From positions 991,207 through 1,023,206 of the forward strand of contig JAUIFI010000001.1 of NCBI GenBank assembly GCA_030429505.1: DNA of 32,000 nt. Direction: 5' to 3'. The stretch comes from Candidatus Saccharimonadota bacterium. Lineage in GTDB: Bacteria; Patescibacteriota; Gracilibacteria; UBA4473. The notes beneath the pieces were generated by a model. The model did not search any database, was not told the origin of the DNA, and saw only the letters and a program-made list of their open reading frames with translations. The position numbers were made by a program, and so were the translations under genes. Of the stretch, positions 26,334 through 32,000 are shown in pieces (the stretch's first letter is position 1; each line of letters begins with the position of its first letter).

Positions 26334-26393
26334 AATCACTTCTTTTCTACTGGAAGAGAGTCTGAAAATCAATGTTAGATTTTCTTTTTAATC

Positions 26394-27377
26394 CTACGGA
26401 GCAATAAAGAAAAACATAATCGTCCAAGCAGAAAAAGCTAAGATAAGACCTATGATGGAAGCCACCACGATCCGTTTTGCTTCTTCGGTCGCTTCATCAT
26501 TAATACCAAAATTAAGCATCAGTCGTATTCCAGCCCAGATCAAAGATATAACAGCAATCACACCAATCACACCAAGAATAAAATTAATCCAGTCTATCAA
26601 AAATGCAATCGTACCAGTAATCTCTGGAACAGCGAGTTCTCTCGTGGTTTTCCCAACGCCCGCTTCTGAATAAAATCCTCTATTGTTGGTAAATAAATCA
26701 ATTATTTTTTGTGCCGAAACCAAAATAACCATCCCAATCGACGCAAAGAGAATTTGCTTTCGGAAGGTGGATAGTGCTTCCTGGTTGTCCGAACCTGCCA
26801 TAATAAGTCTGATTGAGGCGAAAATTACGAATCCTACAGCCACCGCTACTGCAAAGGTAAGAAGATAATTAAATATTCCTTGGAGTTCTGTAAAGCCACG
26901 ACTAGCAAATTCAACTGAATCATTCTCATGTAAAATTTCACCTTCGCTTCCAAAGAAGATAGAGTCTACAGCCACTACTGACAGTAAGATAATCGCAAAA
27001 CCCAAGGCAACACTGAGAATCATTTGCTTTTTTTCGTTGTAAACTTCTTCTTTTCCACGAGAAGCTATAAGTTGAACCCCTCCCCAAGCAATAAGAATAA
27101 TAGAAATGGGGATAAGAAATTTATGCAAGTAATCACGAAGAATATCAACGATAATACGAAACTGAAATTCTCCTCGATCACTTTTGGTTAAAGAATTTTC
27201 TACCCGAAACGTATAATCCTTCAGATATTCACTCCCATACTTACTATTAAAAAATAAATCTTCTGGATCATTGCTAAAGATGGGTTGGTTCGTCAAAGAA
27301 TTCGTTTGAGCCAAAGCATCTCCACCTCCAAATGAGAGGAATGGAAGTATGAAAAGAGTCAGAAAAAATATCTTCAT
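26394..27377 (-). CDS. membrane protein with three VirB2/TrbC-like two-helix modules (327 aa)
   Basis: Signal peptide, then three repeats of TM helix, short acidic/polar loop, TM helix. Examples of the loop regions are IAWGGVQLIASRGKEE.., FASIRLIMAGSDNQEA.. and LIWAGIRLMLNFGINDEA... Confidence 0.7.
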   Translation of the reverse strand: MKIFFLTLFILPFLSFGGGDALAQTNSLTNQPIFSNDPEDLFFNSKYGSEYLKDYTFRVENSLTKSDRGEFQFRIIVDILRDYLHKFLIPISIILIAWGGVQLIASRGKEEVYNEKKQMILSVALGFAIILLSVVAVDSIFFGSEGEILHENDSVEFASRGFTELQGIFNYLLTFAVAVAVGFVIFASIRLIMAGSDNQEALSTFRKQILFASIGMVILVSAQKIIDLFTNNRGFYSEAGVGKTTRELAVPEITGTIAFLIDWINFILGVIGVIAVISLIWAGIRLMLNFGINDEATEEAKRIVVASIIGLILAFSAWTIMFFFIAP

Positions 27378-28282
27378 CGAATGAAAAAAGTAATGATGAT
27401 AAAGCTAGAAAGGGCTGTGACAATACCAATGACAGAAGCCATAACCATGCTTTTGGCTCGTTTCGTTTGGTCTTCGCTACCAAAACTCGATACAAAATAT
27501 AAACTTGATAAAATGAGCATAATAGTGGCTGCCACAGCCAGAAAAGAAAGAATAAAATTAATAATTCCGAGTATTTCACTATTAGCCGTTAGCTCCGCAC
27601 TACGAGGATCAGCATTACTCAAGACACGAACAATAACCTCTGACATAAGGATAAAAACCACACCTAATACAAAAGAACGAATGAATTTTTTTTCATTCGA
27701 AATAGTCTCGTCATTTTCTCCTCCCGTGATAAGGGCATATCCCGAGATAGCAAGATACACCAGCATAATACCAGTAATAATGATCTGAAAGAAGGTTTTA
27801 ATCTGATTAATCTTGCTTCCCAAATTTGCCATGATAAAAGAGCTTTGTTCGACATCTATTTTCGGGTTTGCTGGATCAACAAGTTGAAACGCAACAAACT
27901 CTGCCACAGATATAACAGCAAGTCCTAAGATTAGCCATCCAAACTGAGCTTTGAGCTTACTCATTTTTTCTTCCTCCCCCTGAGCAAAAATAAATCGAGC
28001 TCCCAAAACTACAAGGAGTAAAATAGCCGCTCCCCCCAAAAATATATTTACTCTCGTAATGAGATCATTTTTTCGATCATCTTTTCTTTGGAAAAGTGTC
28101 CTAATGGCATTTTCAGTTCCTTCATCGAAACCATCATCAATAACACTCTGTACAATATTATCCCTTATGATAGGGGCATAATTTCCACTAGGAAGTGGAA
28201 GCGTATTGATGTCTTGAGCAAAACTTCCCCCAGCTCCACAGACAGAAAAGGCAAGAAAGAAAGTAAAAATCAACGTTTTCAT
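27374..28282 (-). CDS. membrane protein with three VirB2/TrbC-like two-helix modules, paralog (about 302 aa)
   Basis: Same architecture as the downstream gene, and its stop overlaps that gene's start by 4 nt. The start is placed at ATG 28282 (MKTLIFTFFLAF...) because a TTGAGA-17-TATAAT promoter lies inside the longer track ORF (..28351). Confidence 0.68.
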   Translation of the reverse strand: MKTLIFTFFLAFSVCGAGGSFAQDINTLPLPSGNYAPIIRDNIVQSVIDDGFDEGTENAIRTLFQRKDDRKNDLITRVNIFLGGAAILLLVVLGARFIFAQGEEEKMSKLKAQFGWLILGLAVISVAEFVAFQLVDPANPKIDVEQSSFIMANLGSKINQIKTFFQIIITGIMLVYLAISGYALITGGENDETISNEKKFIRSFVLGVVFILMSEVIVRVLSNADPRSAELTANSEILGIINFILSFLAVAATIMLILSSLYFVSSFGSEDQTKRAKSMVMASVIGIVTALSSFIIITFFIR

Positions 28283-28289
28283 TCTTCCC

Positions 28290-28318
28290 ATTATACCAGA
28301 AAAAAGCACTTTTCTCAA
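28290..28318 (-). promoter_or_regulatory. sigma70-type promoter, possibly producing a leaderless mRNA
   Basis: On the minus strand: TTGAGA (28318-28313), 17 nt, TATAAT (28295-28290). The ATG at 28282 lies 7 nt after the -10 box. Confidence 0.45.
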
Positions 28319-28370
28319 ATATCTTTGCCAGTATTCATGGTTATTTGACAAACGTACAACGGCTTATAAA

Positions 28371-28643
28371 ATGGGGCGGCTTTTATGTTCTTTTTTGTTC
28401 GTGGTTATGATAGCGTGGCTTCTTATTCCTCTTGGCGTCGTAATGATTGTCAAAGCCGATAAAATCGTAAGTTTTACCGGCGAGATTCCTTTTGCAGAAA
28501 AAGTATTTGGATCTGGAGGAACCTACACATTCGTAAAAGTTCTGGGCTTACTTATGTCCATTTTTGCATTTATGTGGGTCTTTGGAGGACTGGATAGTTT
28601 TCTCCAAGCCACACTCGGAAAGTTTATTCCCGGTTCACAGTAG
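28371..28643 (+). CDS. small membrane protein (90 aa, two TM helices)
   Basis: Two hydrophobic helices. Divergent from the pilin-like pair. The start is uncertain; an in-frame ATG at 28407 is an alternative. Confidence 0.5.
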   Translation: MGRLLCSFLFVVMIAWLLIPLGVVMIVKADKIVSFTGEIPFAEKVFGSGGTYTFVKVLGLLMSIFAFMWVFGGLDSFLQATLGKFIPGSQ

Positions 28644-28718
28644 TTTTTTTACTATTACACATCGAAGACATTCGTTTTCAATGTGAGAGGAGTAGACGAT
28701 GAAGTATAAACTGACGAC

Positions 28719-28795
28719 GGGGCTATAGCTCAGCTGGCTAGAGCACCTGCTTTGCAAGCAGGGGGTCCAGGGTTCGAATCCCTGTAGCTCCACCA
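28719..28795 (+). tRNA. tRNA-Ala (anticodon UGC), CCA encoded
   Basis: I folded the cloverleaf by hand: acceptor GGGGCUA/UAGCUCC, anticodon arm CCUGC-UUUGCAA-GCAGG, T arm CAGGG-UUCGAAU-CCCUG, G3:U70 present, 3' ACCA. Confidence 0.95.
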
Positions 28796-28875
28796 AGAAA
28801 AAATCTGTGGAAAACCACAAAACTTTAAACTCCATTTAAGCAAAAAACGAAATAAAAAAGCGACTTAGCGACCAC

Positions 28876-28950
28876 GGGTTGGTAGCTCAGTGGTAGAGCA
28901 GTGGCCTTTTAAGCCATTGGCCGTGGGTTCGAACCCCACCCAACCCACCA
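28876..28950 (+). tRNA. tRNA-Lys (anticodon UUU), CCA encoded
   Basis: Acceptor GGGUUGG/CCAACCC, anticodon arm GUGGC-CUUUUAA-GCCAU, T arm GUGGG-UUCGAAC-CCCAC, 3' ACCA. Confidence 0.95.
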
Positions 28951-29103
28951 GAGTAAAAAAGTGTCAGGCGTGTCCTGATGATTTTTTGCCTTGTTTTTTT
29001 CAGAATAAAAAAATAGCATACCCACCAATGTGTGGTTAACATGCTACAAATAATACGAAGCCACAATAATTCTCCATTGAGTGTGTGTCGTATTGCCACG
29101 ATG

Positions 29104-29364
29104 TTAATCGATTTTTCGATCCTTTGTATCTTCATCAAGAGGCTTGGCCGGTTCGTTGTCTAGGCCTGTCCAATCCAAGTGGATCTTGCCATTTTTGTCG
29201 GCTTCTTTGGTTCTGTCCCTGATTGTGGATTCTACTCTGGCCCACGTATCGGGTGTGATTTTCTCCCGAACGATATTGCCATTTTCGTCGGAGCCGACAA
29301 AGTAGGCGTTGATTTTAGGATGCTTGCCGTCCGATTCAAACGGAATCAGTTTCCGCTGTGCCAT
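29104..29364 (-). CDS. small acidic hypothetical protein, paralog 1 (86 aa)
   Basis: Starts MAQRK at ATG 29364; the longer track ORF would include the promoter. Shares the MAQxK N-terminus, a central D(E/N)xGN region and the C-terminal LDW(T/S)GLDN(E/N)PA motif with the 29476..29748 product. Confidence 0.55.
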   Translation of the reverse strand: MAQRKLIPFESDGKHPKINAYFVGSDENGNIVREKITPDTWARVESTIRDRTKEADKNGKIHLDWTGLDNEPAKPLDEDTKDRKID

Positions 29365-29392
29365 AAAGTGTGTAGTTAACAAATGCACACAA

Positions 29393-29421
29393 ATCTTAGC
29401 ACAAAAATGGACAGATGTCAA
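29393..29421 (-). promoter_or_regulatory. promoter of small paralog 1
   Basis: On the minus strand: TTGACA (29421-29416), 17 nt, TAAGAT (29398-29393). The conserved 5'UTR block TTTGTTAACtACAC follows. Confidence 0.45.
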
Positions 29422-29475
29422 GTTCGTTCGTAGAGTCCATCCACAAAAGAGTGAATGGTCGAGTTGTGTGTTAAC

Positions 29476-29748
29476 TCAGGCCGGATTGTTGTCGAGACCC
29501 GACCAGTCAAGCTCAATCTTGCTATTGGCAGTTGACTTTTTTTCTACAAGGTCTTGATTGTCACTTTCTGTCCGAGTATCGTGAGCGCTTTCCGATATTG
29601 CAATGTTGTCCGAGACTTTCTTGCGTGTGTCTTCTTTCACAATCTGAAAAATTCGATTGCCGTGATTATCAACTCTTTCGATTGTTGTAGTTGACGTATT
29701 AACATCGTCGCCGTTTTCAGACAGAGATCTGATCTTAAATTGTGCCAT
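29476..29748 (-). CDS. small acidic hypothetical protein, paralog 2 (90 aa)
   Basis: MAQFK start and ELDWSGLDNNPA C-terminus. See paralog 1. Confidence 0.55.
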   Translation of the reverse strand: MAQFKIRSLSENGDDVNTSTTTIERVDNHGNRIFQIVKEDTRKKVSDNIAISESAHDTRTESDNQDLVEKKSTANSKIELDWSGLDNNPA

Positions 29749-29780
29749 AGATAGTGAGTGTGGTTAACAAATAAAAATAG

Positions 29781-29809
29781 ATGTTAGTATTAAAATACGA
29801 ATATGTCAA
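29781..29809 (-). promoter_or_regulatory. promoter of small paralog 2
   Basis: On the minus strand: TTGACA (29809-29804), 17 nt, TAACAT (29786-29781). The conserved 5'UTR block TTTGTTAACcACAC follows. Confidence 0.45.
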
Positions 29810-30400
29810 GTAAGTTTATGAAGTTCATTTACCCCAACTATGGCTGATCGAAGTGAAAAAAATCGGAAGGAAGCGGGCTCCTAAAAAGAAGTGGAAAATA
29901 ATGTTCCTCATAAAAACACTCCAAAAGATTAAAAAATGAAGCTTGATACAAGTAATCAAGCTGTGACTATATTTATAAGTTTACATGACATTATTTCATG
30001 TATACATAATCTTTGTGGTGACATGTAAAAGAACGAAATGCTTTTAAAAAAGCCGAAGAAATATAAAGAAAAAAAAGATTTCTTCAACCATAAATAACTT
30101 TTATATACCTAGAATATGACAGGTTTTTTGATGAAATTATGAAAAAATTCAAACAATAGTTAGTAATGTTTTATGCATTTGAAAAATAGTCAATTAAAAA
30201 TATTCAAAAAAGAGAGTCAATATATTTGTTTCTGTTTTTCGTATTTGCCCTTTAAAAAAGGCGTTTTTTTTGGTACAATAATCCCGCATATTCGGTGCGT
30301 TTTAAAATGGTGTTGTACGTAAATGAAAAGCATAGGATAAAGGTGACTTTGATAATCTCTGACAACGGTTTTCCGAATTGTTTATACTGAAACTTCTTCT

Positions 30401-32000
30401 ATGGTTTTCAAAAAAATAGTTGCACACCCTACAAAAAAAGATATCTGTTGGCTAGGAAGAATAGTAAAGTCTTTAGCTTTTGCATTGACTGTTTGGGTTG
30501 CTTTTTTGAGTAATGTCCAATACTCATATGCTTTTGCAGGTGGAGACGGATCAGTAGGAGATCCCTACCAGATATCGACTTGTTCGGAGCTACAAGATAT
30601 GAAGGATAATCTATCTTCAAATTTTATTCTGATAAAACCTATCGACTGTAGCGCCACTTCTGGTTGGAATAGTGGAAATGGATTTATTCCTGTGGGAGAT
30701 TCTATTACGGCTTTTACGGGAACCCTTGACGGAAAAGGATATACAATTGATAGTCTCTTTATCGATCGAGGATCTACGAATGATGTGGGACTCTTTGGTC
30801 GAGCTAGCGGGGCGACCATCAAATCTGTAGGACTCACTAACGCTGATATTAAAGGATCTACCAGAACAGGAGGAATTGCAGGGTATGCACTACAGTCGGC
30901 AGACATAGATCAGGTCTATGTTACAGGAACGATAAGAGGAAATGGATCGATTGATGAGGTGGGAGGTATTTTAGGAAGGATGAATACGTCTTCAACTCTT
31001 GATGATGCTTATTCTACAGCTACTATAAGTGCTACCAGTGCAGGAGAGGTTGGTGGGGCTATTGGGCAAATTACCAACTCGGCTATTATCACTAACGCTT
31101 ATGCAGTAGGGAGTGTTGCTTTGGGGGGACTTGGTGGAGGAAGTTTTATAGGAGATACGGGGACTGGAACGACTGTTCAAGATTCTTTTGCAACAGGTAG
31201 TATTTCGGGGGGGCTTAATACTGCAGGGTTTGGTGGAGACCATGCGGGTACATTTACGAATATTCACTGGGATTCTACAAGAACCGGGGAATTAACTTGT
31301 TATCAAGGTGGAAGTACTGGCTGTACAGACCATGGAGGAACTTATTGGTTTAATACCTCCAGTAATGCTCCTATGGATCAATGGGACTTTACGAATATTT
31401 GGCAGACTGTTTCAGACAGCTATCCAGTATTCAAGGATGTAGCAAAACCTGCTATCATGAGTGGAACCTTGGCTGCTGATAATAGCTATGTAGACGTAGT
31501 GTTTAGTGAAGGAGTGTATGATACCAATGGAGGTTCCGGTGCCTTGGAAACAGGAGATTTAGCACTGACTTTCACTCAAAATGGTGGAGGAGTTACGAAT
31601 GTAACGATCAGTAGTGTGAAGCAGAATGATAATGCAGTAGAAGGGAGTGCATCAGCGTTGGCCGGAGGAGAGACTACAGTCCGAGTTTTTCTCAATGTTA
31701 CAGGTAGTTCTACTGGCGTTGAGACAATCGAAATAACACCAACCGACAGTACTTCAATCTACGATGCAGTCGGAAATGCCTCGGATCATACACTGCAGAC
31801 GACAGGATTGCTTTCTATGGCTGATGGTCTAGTACCAACAATTGATAGTGGGACACTGGCGGGGAACAATGGGTACGTGGACGTAGTGATGAGTGAAGGA
31901 GTGTATAATACGAATGGAGGAAGCGGAGCATTGGAGACAACGGACCTTACAATCACATTCGTGCAAAATGGAGGGAATGCAACAAACGCCACGATCAGTA
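30401..32000 (+). CDS. large secreted GLUG-motif surface protein with tandem Ig-like repeats (5' partial, continues past the window end)
   Basis: Absent from the supplied ORF track. I translated it by hand and checked the frame at several coordinates, finding an uninterrupted frame from ATG 30401 to 32000 (more than 533 codons). It has a signal peptide (..VWVAFLSNVQYSYAFA), then GDGSVGDPYQISTCSELQDM...FTGTLDGKGYTIDSLFI...VGLFG...GGIAG repeats typical of GLUG beta-helix regions, then 129-aa repeats. Confidence 0.8.
   Translation, partial: MVFKKIVAHPTKKDICWLGRIVKSLAFALTVWVAFLSNVQYSYAFAGGDGSVGDPYQISTCSELQDMKDNLSSNFILIKPIDCSATSGWNSGNGFIPVGDSITAFTGTLDGKGYTIDSLFIDRGSTNDVGLFGRASGATIKSVGLTNADIKGSTRTGGIAGYALQSADIDQVYVTGTIRGNGSIDEVGGILGRMNTSSTLDDAYSTATISATSAGEVGGAIGQITNSAIITNAYAVGSVALGGLGGGSFIGDTGTGTTVQDSFATGSISGGLNTAGFGGDHAGTFTNIHWDSTRTGELTCYQGGSTGCTDHGGTYWFNTSSNAPMDQWDFTNIWQTVSDSYPVFKDVAKPAIMSGTLAADNSYVDVVFSEGVYDTNGGSGALETGDLALTFTQNGGGVTNVTISSVKQNDNAVEGSASALAGGETTVRVFLNVTGSSTGVETIEITPTDSTSIYDAVGNASDHTLQTTGLLSMADGLVPTIDSGTLAGNNGYVDVVMSEGVYNTNGGSGALETTDLTITFVQNGGNATNATIS
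31460..32000 (+). repeat. tandem 387-nt (129-codon) coding repeat within the GLUG protein gene
   Basis: Unit 1 (31460-31846) starts SGTLAADNSYVDVVFSEGVYDTNGGSGALETGDLALTFTQNGG. Unit 2 starts at 31847 with SGTLAGNNGYVDVVMSEGVYNTNGGSGALETTDLTITFVQNGG. The block agtgaaggagtgtat recurs at 31505 and 31892. Confidence 0.7.

Noticed and set aside
28635-29138. Minus-strand ORFs 28635..28835 and 28887..29138
   Set aside because: They overlap the tRNA-Ala and tRNA-Lys genes on the opposite strand, so they are spurious.
28950-29810. Integrated mobile element at tRNA-Lys
   Set aside because: I found no integrase or recombinase gene and no direct repeat of the tRNA 3' end downstream. Only compositional and positional hints remain, and these are reported as part of the small-paralog finding.
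30429-31992. Four minus-strand ORFs (30429..30620, 30565..30906, 30992..31267, 31786..31992)
   Set aside because: They are antisense shadows of the long plus-strand GLUG-protein frame, and their Ser/Pro/Thr-rich translations have no motifs.
1-32000. Alternative genetic code (UGA read as Gly, as in Gracilibacteria and Absconditabacteria)
   Set aside because: TGA terminates several well-supported genes at the expected length (the DNPH1-like gene, the MazG-like gene, both XRE genes, ccdA). Long conserved genes (fusA, ftsK) are intact under the standard code.
1-32000. CRISPR arrays, IS elements or transposases
   Set aside because: No regularly spaced direct repeats and no transposase- or integrase-like ORFs were seen. 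The only repeats are coding tandem repeats and gene duplications, which are described above.

Overview
Gene-dense, low-GC bacterial window that uses the standard genetic code: TGA closes several well-supported genes, so UGA is not recoded. Housekeeping genes are stand-alone fusA, infC-rpmI-rplT, ftsK, a mutY-like gene, tRNA-Ala(UGC) and tRNA-Lys(UUU). They are interleaved with many cell-envelope and secreted genes. These include a beta-propeller protein with a T9SS-type C-terminal sorting domain, two tandem 16-cysteine secreted paralogs, an 803-aa protein with two ectodomains, a FecR-like anchor protein translationally abutted to a FemAB-family gene, and a 3xSLH repeat protein. They also include a CcdA plus thioredoxin-lipoprotein pair, two tandem proteins each built from three VirB2/TrbC-like two-helix modules, and a large GLUG-motif surface protein. 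The GLUG gene runs off the 3' edge of the window and is missing from the supplied ORF track. The gene content (FemAB, SLH, VirB2-like membrane proteins, DNPH1/MazG nucleotide handling) and the frequent lack of Shine-Dalgarno sequences suggest a CPR/Patescibacteria-like monoderm lineage; this is inference only. The most unusual items are the Cys-rich paralog pair, the triplicated pilin-like modules, a cysteine-free (cluster-less) MutY fused to an intact MutT-type Nudix domain, and a tandem XRE-XRE-RadC module with duplicated promoters. Two more are a promoter-to-terminator structured RNA candidate in a 620-bp gap, and two small paralogous genes next to the tRNAs that share promoter, 5'UTR and a C-terminal motif. 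No CRISPR array, transposase or integrase was seen.
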